From Myxococcota bacterium (GTDB lineage Bacteria > Myxococcota_A > SURF-8): a stretch of DNA of 64,000 nucleotides. The first letter of the stretch is position 1; each line of letters begins with the position of its first letter. The notes beneath the pieces were generated by a model. That model was not told where the DNA came from. It worked only from the letters and a program-made list of their open reading frames with translations, and did not search any database. Location of the stretch: contig OZ223209.1 in the NCBI GenBank assembly GCA_965140415.1, forward strand, positions 4,576,001-4,640,000, in the 5' to 3' direction. A program made the position numbers and the translations under genes. Shown here piece after piece: positions 34,363 to 43,844 of this stretch.

Positions 34363-35553
34363 ATGTGTACAAACGACAAATCCAATACGCCCGGCAACAC
34401 GCTCTGGCGGCCACCGCAAAAGCCGCGAGAAGCCATACACGCCGAGTCTTCCGATTCGAAAAGCGACTCCGTTACCGAGTCCGAGATCGAAGCGCAGAAA
34501 TCCGTCGATTCCGCCCGTCCGGGCGACAGTGGCCTGGGACGCCCAAAGCAAATTCCAACCAACGAATCCACGCGCAAGGTGGCGCGCAGCGAAATCGGCA
34601 CGGTGCGCCATTCAGACGATGACGCGCTCTCCGGCGAGTTGCAACCGGAGACGCTACGCATTCCGCGCCTCTTTCGCGGTCTGCCCGTCATGTTGTTTCT
34701 GGCGGTCGCGCTCTCGCTGTTATTGCTGTTCCTCTACGCGCAGGGGTTGAATATCTACCTGCAATTGCAGGACATGAGCTTGCAGGTTCAGCTTATCGGC
34801 CTGGCTCTCGTCGCTCCGCTGGTGCTGATTCTGCTTTGGGCGGGTCTGCGTCTTTTCTGGGCGCTACTGCGTTTCCGCCCGAATCGCCAGGTGGTCATTC
34901 TACGCATTCAAACGGCTGGCGGTCAGGCTCCGCCGCAACATCTGCGGCGTTCTCGCAAACAACTCGCCAAATATCTGTGCGGCTTTACCAAAAAGCAGGA
35001 CAAGCACCTGGCCGAATTGAAAGAGCTTGGCCAGAGTGAAGAAGAAGCCAAGGCGCTTTCTTCTGCCTGTTTGCGCCTGCATGATGACCGCCCGGTTTCC
35101 GATCGACAATGGATCGAAGAATTCGAACGCGATTTTCTTACCCCATTAGACGAGTTGGCCCGCAGGCGCATCGGCGGCTATGCCAAATCGGTGGCGCTGA
35201 ACACCGCCATTTCTCCCTTCGCCCTTCTCGATGCTGGCATCGTGTTGCATCACGGCTTTCGTCTGTTACAGGATCTTTTGCAGATTTATCGCGTGCGCAC
35301 GGATCGTATCGGAACGATGTATCTGCTTGGTTGGATCATTTTCAACAGCTATCTCGCTGCCGAAATCGGGGAGCACATCGACAAGATCACCGACAGCCTG
35401 GTGGAGGAAATCGCCAACATCGTCGGCCCGGGAATTCTCGCCAAGGCCGCCGGTGGTTTGAGCGCCAGAGGTGCGGAAGCAACCGCCAACTATTTATTCA
35501 CCCGCCGCATCGGACGCCGCGCCATCAAACTGTTAAGGCCGTTGGCCCTCTGA
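34363..35553 (+). CDS. ycjF: YcjF/DUF697-family membrane protein
   Basis: TM pair, PLDELARRRI...TAISPFALLD...SARGAEA...TRRIGRRAIKLLRP. Confidence 0.85.
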   Translation: MCTNDKSNTPGNTLWRPPQKPREAIHAESSDSKSDSVTESEIEAQKSVDSARPGDSGLGRPKQIPTNESTRKVARSEIGTVRHSDDDALSGELQPETLRIPRLFRGLPVMLFLAVALSLLLLFLYAQGLNIYLQLQDMSLQVQLIGLALVAPLVLILLWAGLRLFWALLRFRPNRQVVILRIQTAGGQAPPQHLRRSRKQLAKYLCGFTKKQDKHLAELKELGQSEEEAKALSSACLRLHDDRPVSDRQWIEEFERDFLTPLDELARRRIGGYAKSVALNTAISPFALLDAGIVLHHGFRLLQDLLQIYRVRTDRIGTMYLLGWIIFNSYLAAEIGEHIDKITDSLVEEIANIVGPGILAKAAGGLSARGAEATANYLFTRRIGRRAIKLLRPLAL

Positions 35554-35793
35554 TTTCGATTTTCTTTTTCAGAGAATCCGTGTTTGTTGACATTTTTTAC
35601 AATTCCTCGGTTCACAAATTCACTGAATTCGTGTATTCTTTGCTCCGGGAAGTCGCAATAAACAAACATCTGCTAGAATTTGCTTCTCACGTCGTCTACG
35701 ACGAAGCGAAGTTTTTGTGTGTTGCTATCCATTACCTTTGCAGGTCTGGCGAGCATACGCTTTTATTTTTGTTTCATCTACCTAGGAGTAAAC

Positions 35794-38700
35794 ATGAAAA
35801 CCAACCATCTGATTTTTCTGCTGATGCTCGTCTGCTCACTGCTGCTTGTTGCAGGTTGCGGCTCGGATGACGACACCACGGACGGCGACACTGCTGACGG
35901 CGACACCGCTGATGGCGACACCGCTGACGGCGACACCACTGATGGCGACACTCCTGACGGCGATACCGCTGACGGCGACACTGCTGACGGCGATACCATT
36001 GATGGTGACACCGCTGATGGCGACACAATCGATGGCGACGTTGTTGACGGCGATACCGCAGACGGTGACACCGTTGATGGCGACACAATCGATGGCGACG
36101 TTGTTGACGGCGATACTCCAGACGGCGACGTTATTGATGGCGATACCCCAGACGGCGACATCATCATCGATGGAGATATCGAGTCAACCGATGGCGAAGC
36201 AACTTGTGTTGGAGAAGGCGGCAGTGTGCCCGTCATTCCCAACGCACCCAGTTGCTGTGAGGATCTGGTTGCTATCGGTTGTGATGCGCCCGAAGGCGAT
36301 GCATGTATGCCTTGTTCCGGGGTTTCGATCTGCACCTATTGTGGCGATTTGAATTGCGGTGTAGGCGAAAATTATTGCAACTGCCCGGCAGACTGCCATC
36401 AAGCAGCGGATGGTGATGTCGATACAGACGAGGAAATCGATTTCCCAACTCCGTCAAATCTCTTACCGCCGCCACTCTCCGCACCGATCACCTCCTTGAC
36501 GCATGTAAATGAAGTCGCTTTCTTTTTACCCGGTGAAGACAGCTCCTGGCTTGGAACGATTCAGGACGACGCAGAAGCAGCAACCCGTGCAAGCACCATT
36601 GGGTCGATCACCGACAAACTCATGACGGATCATGAAAATGGCCGCCTGATCACCACCAAATCGGCGGATATCGATTTGGATGGAAAAGACGAACTACTCG
36701 TATTGAGCTTGTATACCGCCGTTAAAGACACAACCAAACGCCTTGATTGGCCCAAACTCACCATTTTCGACGATGAGGAAAACGGCTTTGCGATTTTGGA
36801 CACCATCACCAATGATGATCTCATTTTAGAAGCTCTCTCCAGTAATCAATCCGTGCTGCAAACGGATCTTGCAATCGCCAACATCGACAATGATCTCTCA
36901 CCGGAAATCCTGATTTCAGCTTCATACGGCACAATCAACCCAAATACCGGTGCAGCAATGGCAGACTCTTCTCTGATCTGGGTTTTCGACGATCTGAACC
37001 ATTCGCTTGAAATCGTGCATACCGAAACCACAACCGGTCAAAACCTAAAGTCGATGCGCATTGCAGCGGGCGATCTAGACGGTGATGATCGTGATGAAAT
37101 CGTCGTAGCCGGCGTCCAGGATGGTTGGTCAAGAGCCTGGGCTTTGGACGATCAGGAAGGAAGTTTCGCTCAAACTCACTACTGGAACGATTTAGACAAT
37201 TATGTGTTCGATCATTATATTTACAACCCTGCCGTTGCTATTGACGATTTCGATGCCGACGGTGTGGACGAAGTCGCTTTCGCAGCAGTGCAAAATGGAG
37301 CTTGTCGTCTTCAAGTTCAGGTATACGACGACGCCAATAACGACTTTGCATTTTATGAAGACAAGAAATTCAACGACTGCGGCAATATCCAATTGAACAC
37401 ATGGGTTCCCCCACTTTTAATGACCGGTGATATCGATGCCAACGGCTCGGCGGATCTCATCATTGCCGCTCATGATAACTACGGAGGACAGGATCGTGGT
37501 TGGAATATTCACTGGTTCCGACCCGACGTCGATGATTCCGGTTATTTGGCGGATCATGTTGGCGGTAATGAAAATTATAGTTCATCCAGTTCGGGCATGA
37601 ACCAGGCTCTTTTTGCCTTTCATATGGCCGTAGGCGATTACGACCGCGACCGCAAAGCCGATGTGATTGCCGTGTTTATTGAAGACACCAACGAGAATCC
37701 ATTCGGTGACCCAATTTATAAGTATGTCGCCAAGCGCTGGGAACGGGAGAACGTCGATTTTTCAGAACAGGAAAACTGGTCATGGAATCAGGAAGTCAAT
37801 ACCCAACCATTAATTGCACTTGGCGATTACGACGGCGACAGCATCACCGTTCAATACACCGGTCGTCAATGGGTCGCGATGAGCGAACCGCGCATTATTA
37901 TAGCCATGGCCATGGCGCCTTGCTGGGGTTCCAACGTCGATCAGGCGCACGGTTCCTGCTGGGTCGCCTTTGGTCAGACAAGTTCCAGTTCCACGACCGA
38001 AGGCAATTCCATCAGCATCAGCGCCGGGATTACGCTTTCGATGGAAGCCAAAGATCCGTTGGGGTTCTTCAGCGCCAAGGCTTCACTGGCAATGAAAGAG
38101 GAATTCAGTAAAACCGAAACGAATACCGAAAGCATTTCAACCAGCATTCGACGCTTGGGCAATTTCGATCCGGACGAACCGGACGACTTGGTGATTTTCG
38201 CTGCCACGGAATACAGGCGTTTCGAGTATGAAATCATCGGCCACGAAGACCCGGAGAAAATCGGCGAGAAAGTCACCATCAACGTTCCTTTATCCACCAA
38301 CACGTTTAAGAAAACCGTCACGGCTTTCAACGCGCAAAATGGCGACTATCCCGACATCGGCCCAGAAACCTTTACGCATACCGCCGGAGATCCAAGCACC
38401 TACCCAAGTATTGAAGATCGTAATACGATGTTCTCAGATCCGGATTTTGTTGGCTGGATGTGTCCAATTGCATCAGAACCACTTGAGGCAATCGGCGAAA
38501 GCCCGGTAGGAAGAAACGACATCATATTAAGTCTTTCCAATCAATCCAGTGTCACAGAAGCAGTCAGCGTCAGTGTTTCGCTTTCAGCGGCTTTCAGTGC
38601 GGGTGGCACTGGCCAGGAACGATCGGTTGGCGTTGGATCGGGTTCTACCTATACGATTACTGCGGGACAAGCCACCGATTACTCCGGCGGCGCGGGCGAT

Positions 38701-38814
38701 ATCAACTCGACGGATTACGCCCAGTATCATTATGCATTCGGTATGTTCGTGTATAATTTCGAACGCGAAGACGGCGCGAAATACCAGGTCATCAACTGGT
38801 GCGTACAGCAGTAA
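35794..38814 (+). CDS. Large lipoprotein: DGD repeat, Cys-rich module, FG-GAP/VCBS repeats, Ser/Thr-rich beta C-terminal region
   Basis: AGGAG RBS; lipobox VAGC; multiple (G/A)DxDGDxxDE motifs. Confidence 0.8.
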   Translation: MKTNHLIFLLMLVCSLLLVAGCGSDDDTTDGDTADGDTADGDTADGDTTDGDTPDGDTADGDTADGDTIDGDTADGDTIDGDVVDGDTADGDTVDGDTIDGDVVDGDTPDGDVIDGDTPDGDIIIDGDIESTDGEATCVGEGGSVPVIPNAPSCCEDLVAIGCDAPEGDACMPCSGVSICTYCGDLNCGVGENYCNCPADCHQAADGDVDTDEEIDFPTPSNLLPPPLSAPITSLTHVNEVAFFLPGEDSSWLGTIQDDAEAATRASTIGSITDKLMTDHENGRLITTKSADIDLDGKDELLVLSLYTAVKDTTKRLDWPKLTIFDDEENGFAILDTITNDDLILEALSSNQSVLQTDLAIANIDNDLSPEILISASYGTINPNTGAAMADSSLIWVFDDLNHSLEIVHTETTTGQNLKSMRIAAGDLDGDDRDEIVVAGVQDGWSRAWALDDQEGSFAQTHYWNDLDNYVFDHYIYNPAVAIDDFDADGVDEVAFAAVQNGACRLQVQVYDDANNDFAFYEDKKFNDCGNIQLNTWVPPLLMTGDIDANGSADLIIAAHDNYGGQDRGWNIHWFRPDVDDSGYLADHVGGNENYSSSSSGMNQALFAFHMAVGDYDRDRKADVIAVFIEDTNENPFGDPIYKYVAKRWERENVDFSEQENWSWNQEVNTQPLIALGDYDGDSITVQYTGRQWVAMSEPRIIIAMAMAPCWGSNVDQAHGSCWVAFGQTSSSSTTEGNSISISAGITLSMEAKDPLGFFSAKASLAMKEEFSKTETNTESISTSIRRLGNFDPDEPDDLVIFAATEYRRFEYEIIGHEDPEKIGEKVTINVPLSTNTFKKTVTAFNAQNGDYPDIGPETFTHTAGDPSTYPSIEDRNTMFSDPDFVGWMCPIASEPLEAIGESPVGRNDIILSLSNQSSVTEAVSVSVSLSAAFSAGGTGQERSVGVGSGSTYTITAGQATDYSGGAGDINSTDYAQYHYAFGMFVYNFEREDGAKYQVINWCVQQ
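35881..36177 (+). repeat. Coding 15-bp tandem repeat (DGDxx), 20 DGD units
   Basis: GAYGGYGAY recurs every 15 bp from 35881 to 36151, plus one at 36169. Confidence 0.95.
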
Positions 38815-38842
38815 CTCTTTATGTAGTCATACTTGGTTTTTT

Positions 38843-38870
38843 AAGGTCGGCCCGATGGGTCGGCCTTTTT
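38843..38870 (+). terminator. Rho-independent terminator
   Basis: AAGGTCGGCCC-GAT-GGGTCGGCCTT then TTT. Confidence 0.65.
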
Positions 38871-38943
38871 CATTTTTATGAAGAATTTTACAGGTCATTC
38901 AGAGGTTATGATTTACTGAAACTGGCCCTGCGTTGCAAAACCG

Positions 38944-39162
38944 GAAAAGCACGTAAACCTACAGTAAACGACCGGTAGATGACCGGTAAACCAACAGTAG
39001 CAGTTGCTGACATTTTCGTAGCAGCTTTTCGCTGCATGTCGCAGCGTTACACACGATGAACGCTTATCTCAAAACAAGTAACTCCATGATACAGCAGATT
39101 GGACTGTGCATTTACCGGTTCGTTACGGTCATTTACTGTTGTTTTTACACGAAAAGCACGTA
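38944..39162. other. Self-complementary intergenic element bounded by a 12-bp direct repeat (MITE-like or structured RNA)
   Basis: GAAAAGCACGTA at 38944-38955 and 39151-39162, with long imperfect inverted arms inside. Confidence 0.45.
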
Positions 39163-39171
39163 TCCGCACGT

Positions 39172-39198
39172 AAAAAACCGAAGGCAATTGCCTTCGGT
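39172..39198 (-). terminator. Rho-independent terminator of the MMPL operon
   Basis: Perfect stem ACCGAAGGC-AATT-GCCTTCGGT with minus-strand U-run. Confidence 0.75.
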
Positions 39199-39234
39199 CC
39201 TTTAAACTTTTGCCAAGTTTTCTATAATTGAATG

Positions 39235-41547
39235 TTACTTAACCTTTCCAGTGATGAACGTAGGCTTGGTCATCGCAACCAGCGTAGGCAGCAAAATCAA
39301 ACCACCCAACATCGAAACGACCATCCAGAAAACCAGCAACAAGCCCATATCGGCCTGAAAACGCAGGAAGCTCATCGTCCAGAATGCAACACCCGCGACC
39401 ATCGTTCCCGCTGTAAATGCAACGGCCTTTCCAGCAGTGCTGACACCCAGCACGATGGCCTGGTTAAGATCTTTAACTCGTTGATATTCCTCTTTAATTC
39501 GACCGATTACGTACAGGCCGTAATCAACGCCCAAGCCGACGCCGAGCGAAACGACCGGCAGCGCATTGACATCCAAACCGATTCCACGCGCTCCCATCAG
39601 CGCGTACGTGAAATAGTTGGAGATCAAAAGCGGAATCAAGAAAAGGAAACCCGCGAATACGGAACGATACGCAACTCCGCAAAATACCACGATAATCAAG
39701 AACGCGTAAATCGTAACGCTGCCTTGATGATAAGCCACGACTTCGTTAATTGCGGCAAGCAATCCGCCGTAACTCGAAGCGAGCCTGAAATTCGCGTTTT
39801 CCATTGGATGCGCGGCAATAAAGCCTTTTGCTTCGGAAACGACCTTTCGAAGCGTTTCGCCTTTGTGATCTTTCAGGTTCAACGTGATATTGGCGTTCTG
39901 GCTGTCGATGGTTACAAAACGAACCAAATCGCCCGGCTCGCTGTTGGTGTAAATCATCTCAAGGAAAAAGCCCGATTCCATCGGATCGTCGGGAATCAAT
40001 TCCCATTTCGGATCGGAGCCATGCAGAATCGATATAATGCCCGGCAGATAATCCGCGATGGAGCTGGAACTAGATACTTCCGGTAATTGCTCCATATGAC
40101 GCTGAAATGCTGTCATGGTGCGCAGAACTTCGGGATCCTTGATGGAGTTTCTGTCCTTGCCTTCCACGATGACGGAGAATTGCTCGGTGTTTCCGAAACG
40201 CTGCCCGATTTTATCCGTGTCCTGGTTGTACTGCGAATCCGGCCAGAGCATCGGCGTTCCAGGATGCACGTCGCCGATAACCAGATTGCGCGCGAACAGG
40301 AAGCCGAGTACGAGCAAGACGAGCGTCGTTCCTAGAATCCAGTAACGCTGCGGCCCATAAGACCATTGCCCGATTCGAACCAGGATGTTGTACAAGATTC
40401 CTTGGCGATGCTTTTTACTCCATTTCGGGCTGGGCAGATAGCTTAACAGGATCGGATTGAAGATCAGATCGGAAACGATGATCGACAACACCCAGAATCC
40501 ACCCATCACCGCCAGCTTCTGCAATAGCGGAATAGGAGCCGTGTAAACAAGAAATACGCCAGCGGCATCCGTGATGATGGCTACGAAACCGGGACCGAAC
40601 AGTCCTTTAAACGTTCGCACCGCAGCAACCGAGCGGTCTTTCTTCTCCTCGAACTCCTCCATGAAGCGCTCGACCACCTGCACCGAGTGTGAAAGTGCCC
40701 GCGCGCTGATAATGAAGGGTACGACGATCACCAGCGGATCGAAGTTGTAGCCCATGACCCCCAAGAATCCGATACCCCATATGGCGGATATCGTCGCCGT
40801 GGAAATCGGTAGCAGGGTGCCGCGAAAATCCCGGAAGTAGAGAATCAGCACCAGGAAGATCGCGCCCAAAGTCAGGAAAAAGATATTCGTGATTTGAGGA
40901 TACTGCTTGAGAATCCAACCCAGCATCACCGGACGACCGATGACGTAAATGTTGGTGTTGTCGTCGCGCTCGGCGTTGACGAGTTCCTCCAGCTTGTTGT
41001 ACACGTCTTTGGGATCGAACTTCGACTCGAAGAAACCGGCCACGACCAACAGCGCCTTGCTGTCGCGACTGACCAGCGTTCCGAAATAGCGCGGAGACGT
41101 ATACACGTTCTCGCGCAGCACATTCATTTCGTCTTCGTTCGTAGGCACATCCGGCCACATCAATGGCGTGGCCAAAAATCCGCGCACCGGATCGACGCGC
41201 AACTCCTTGACTTTCCGCTGTGCCAGCGAAAGCACCTGGTAGTTATTGATGTTAGGCAAAAGCTCCACGCCTTTGGTGATGCGCTTGACTTTGTCCAACA
41301 CCTTCTTGTTGAAAATATCGCCTTCCTTGACATCCAATGCGATCAGCACTGTTGCGGCTCCGCCGAAGGTATCTTTGTATTTCACAAAGGTTTCGACGTA
41401 GGGATGATCGGAGGGGAACAGGTCGATAGTCGGGCTTTCGATCTGTACCTTGGTCGCCTGCCAGCCGAAAAACACCGTGAGCAGCAGAATCAGGATCAGG
41501 ATGGGGAACCGGAATCTGAGAATGAACCGTCCAATTCGTTCGTACAC
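39235..41547 (-). CDS. MMPL/RND-family transporter
   Basis: Two repeats of TM, periplasmic domain and TM bundle; GVGLGVDYGLY; TAGKAVAFTAGT. Confidence 0.9.
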   Translation of the reverse strand: MYERIGRFILRFRFPILILILLLTVFFGWQATKVQIESPTIDLFPSDHPYVETFVKYKDTFGGAATVLIALDVKEGDIFNKKVLDKVKRITKGVELLPNINNYQVLSLAQRKVKELRVDPVRGFLATPLMWPDVPTNEDEMNVLRENVYTSPRYFGTLVSRDSKALLVVAGFFESKFDPKDVYNKLEELVNAERDDNTNIYVIGRPVMLGWILKQYPQITNIFFLTLGAIFLVLILYFRDFRGTLLPISTATISAIWGIGFLGVMGYNFDPLVIVVPFIISARALSHSVQVVERFMEEFEEKKDRSVAAVRTFKGLFGPGFVAIITDAAGVFLVYTAPIPLLQKLAVMGGFWVLSIIVSDLIFNPILLSYLPSPKWSKKHRQGILYNILVRIGQWSYGPQRYWILGTTLVLLVLGFLFARNLVIGDVHPGTPMLWPDSQYNQDTDKIGQRFGNTEQFSVIVEGKDRNSIKDPEVLRTMTAFQRHMEQLPEVSSSSSIADYLPGIISILHGSDPKWELIPDDPMESGFFLEMIYTNSEPGDLVRFVTIDSQNANITLNLKDHKGETLRKVVSEAKGFIAAHPMENANFRLASSYGGLLAAINEVVAYHQGSVTIYAFLIIVVFCGVAYRSVFAGFLFLIPLLISNYFTYALMGARGIGLDVNALPVVSLGVGLGVDYGLYVIGRIKEEYQRVKDLNQAIVLGVSTAGKAVAFTAGTMVAGVAFWTMSFLRFQADMGLLLVFWMVVSMLGGLILLPTLVAMTKPTFITGKVK

Positions 41548-41550
41548 GTC

Positions 41551-42525
41551 TTACCTCCCCGCTAGCGCTTTCCAGCTTTTACCGCCGTCCGTCGTTTTCA
41601 GTATCGTGGCTCGCCCTCCCGCTGCATATCCTTCCGTTTTGGAAACGAAATAAACGGAGTCCAGCCAGGTGTAAATGCCGGTGCGATGCACGCTCCAGTC
41701 GCCATCTTCAAAAGCCGGTCCGGAAGCGAAGATGCCGTCCTGGCCGACTGCGAACAGAATGCCATCTTTCAATGACAGGCTGAACAGATGCCGCTTGTTT
41801 TCCAACTCTCTCTTGGTCCAGGTTTCGCCACCATCGACTGTGAAAAGGATTTCACCTTCGCCGCCAACCGCCGCACCATGCATGTCATCGACGAACTCGA
41901 TATCGTACAACGGCGTTTCGATCGGCGTCTGCTGACGCAGCCAGGTTTTGCCGCCGTCTTTGGTGTGCAGAATCACGCCGAACTCACCGGCGATCCAGCC
42001 GGTTGTGGTGTTGATGAAACAAACTGCATTCAAACCCGGTTCGTCTTCGGCGTCTTCGGGCAATTCGTATTGCTGACGCTGCCAGCTCTTGCCGCCGTCG
42101 GCGCTGTGGAAAATCGTATTGAAATGTCCCACCACCCATGCCAGCTCGCTGCCTTCAACGGCATCGATACCAAACAACGGATTCTTGGTTTCGATTTTCA
42201 CCGCTTGCCAGCTTTTGCCACCATCCTGGGTGAATGAAAGAAAACCTGCGGGACCGCTGACGACAGCTCTTTTCTGATCGAAATAATCAAGGCTGTACAG
42301 GGCGAAATGGCTCCGTACATCGACAGCCGAAAAGGCGGCGCCCGAATCTTTCGTTTCCAACAAGAGGCCAGGATAACCACTGACCCAAAGCCCACCATTC
42401 CAGGGCGTGATGTCGAAAAACTTGTCGCGATGATTCAGGGTGGATAACGGATCGCCGCCCCATGCGGGGGCGGCGATCAGAAGAATAACAACAAGGGATA
42501 AAACCCCTATGCGAATTGTGCTCAT
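41551..42525 (-). CDS. YCF48-like BNR/Asp-box beta-propeller
   Basis: Signal peptide; repeated (S/T)xDGGK(S/T)W motifs. Confidence 0.9.
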   Translation of the reverse strand: MSTIRIGVLSLVVILLIAAPAWGGDPLSTLNHRDKFFDITPWNGGLWVSGYPGLLLETKDSGAAFSAVDVRSHFALYSLDYFDQKRAVVSGPAGFLSFTQDGGKSWQAVKIETKNPLFGIDAVEGSELAWVVGHFNTIFHSADGGKSWQRQQYELPEDAEDEPGLNAVCFINTTTGWIAGEFGVILHTKDGGKTWLRQQTPIETPLYDIEFVDDMHGAAVGGEGEILFTVDGGETWTKRELENKRHLFSLSLKDGILFAVGQDGIFASGPAFEDGDWSVHRTGIYTWLDSVYFVSKTEGYAAGGRATILKTTDGGKSWKALAGR

Positions 42526-43811
42526 CTTCCCCTCTTGCGCAGATTGCTCTCCGTGAATTCGTCCGGGTTGAGATTGGTATTTGCCTTGATCTCATAAACC
42601 GGGAAAGCGGTGGCGTGCTCGGCCTGAACGTCGATTACCAACTGCATGCCGTACATCGGCGGCTGCTCGTCCATATCGGGAGATTCGTTGTAACCGGTAA
42701 TCAACAGCTTCCACAATTCACCCTTTTTGTCGTAGGACTCTTTGTAGGTAATCAGGAAGGTTTCAGCATCGAAGTAGATATTCATTTTGCTGTAGGGATA
42801 ATCGGGCAACTTTGGCGTAACTTCCACCACGTACATCGGGCGCGGCTCCCAGGCGACTTTCGGATTCCAGTGCGGCCACTTGTCGAACTGGAAAGTCTTA
42901 CCCGCGTTTTCCTTGCCCAGCGCGATTCCGGCATGCATGGGCATGAGATAGGTTTTCTTGCCGACCAGTTTCCAGTTCATCCATTCCGGGTAGCCCATGA
43001 AGCCGCGCACGTCTTCATAGAGCAGATCGGTGGAGTTCCAGGTATCGCCGCGAGTACCGAAAGTATTGCGCAGCACGCGCTTCATCGACGGCACGTAAAT
43101 GTGACCCTGCTGATCCAGAGGCAGTTCGGAACGGCTGTAGAGCGCACCGAATCCGCGCTTGTCGTAAGGGCTCAAGGCGTAGGTGATCGACGTGTATTGC
43201 AGGTTCTGTTCTTTGAATTTCTTGATATGCGGAATCGGCTCCAGATCCGTGCGGTGCATAGCGCGCATGATGAAATACCAGCGCCACTCTTCGAAGTGTT
43301 CCACACCCTTGGCCGCCGAAATCCAATACACGGCGTAATACAGGTCGCCATCGTCACCGTTATAGGAATACTGGTAGTTCCAGGCAACTTCCGTACCCGT
43401 TTTGGGCTGCGGGAAAGGCAGACCGGCGGTGTAGTTTTCGATCCCTTTTTTGCGGATATCGGTGCTCGGCACGGATTTCGGCTGGCCGCGATATTTATTG
43501 GTCGCAGCGATGTAACCTTCGGAGGGATGAATGGGCGCGTAGTTACGTGTTTTCACCTTCAACTTGTACTTCTTGATCAAGGTCTCGAAGGTCGAAGGAA
43601 ACAGCGCCTTGTACTTATCGTAGTTACTGGCCTTGATCGTTGTTCCGGCTGGAACCGGATTGGTTTTAAGATCGGGGGCGAAACCGACCGAAGCACCCCA
43701 GTTTTCAGAGGTGATCGGAGTAGCCTGAGCCATTGCCGTGGCGGAAAACAACAGGCAACACATCAATACCAGGCCGGTTATAATGATTGGGGGAAGTCGA
43801 AACGTCAGCAT
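42522..43811 (-). CDS. DUF1329 domain periplasmic protein
   Basis: IKASNYDKYK, AGLPFPQPKTGTEVAWN, YVPSMKRVLR, YPYSK, YDKKGELWK, FTESNLRK. Confidence 0.85.
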   Translation of the reverse strand: MLTFRLPPIIITGLVLMCCLLFSATAMAQATPITSENWGASVGFAPDLKTNPVPAGTTIKASNYDKYKALFPSTFETLIKKYKLKVKTRNYAPIHPSEGYIAATNKYRGQPKSVPSTDIRKKGIENYTAGLPFPQPKTGTEVAWNYQYSYNGDDGDLYYAVYWISAAKGVEHFEEWRWYFIMRAMHRTDLEPIPHIKKFKEQNLQYTSITYALSPYDKRGFGALYSRSELPLDQQGHIYVPSMKRVLRNTFGTRGDTWNSTDLLYEDVRGFMGYPEWMNWKLVGKKTYLMPMHAGIALGKENAGKTFQFDKWPHWNPKVAWEPRPMYVVEVTPKLPDYPYSKMNIYFDAETFLITYKESYDKKGELWKLLITGYNESPDMDEQPPMYGMQLVIDVQAEHATAFPVYEIKANTNLNPDEFTESNLRKRGR

Positions 43812-43844
43812 GTTGGAACCTTCCTTGCTTGTACTGATCTTACA

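Noticed and set aside
35881-36177. CRISPR-like array (also 12644-12865 and 60913-61137)
   Set aside because: The period is 15-18 bp, in frame inside ORFs, with no unique spacers and no cas genes.
38956-39150. 6S RNA
   Set aside because: Length and end-pairing are compatible, but the interior looks multi-branched, no promoter is evident and the usual gene context is absent. Kept only as an unassigned element.
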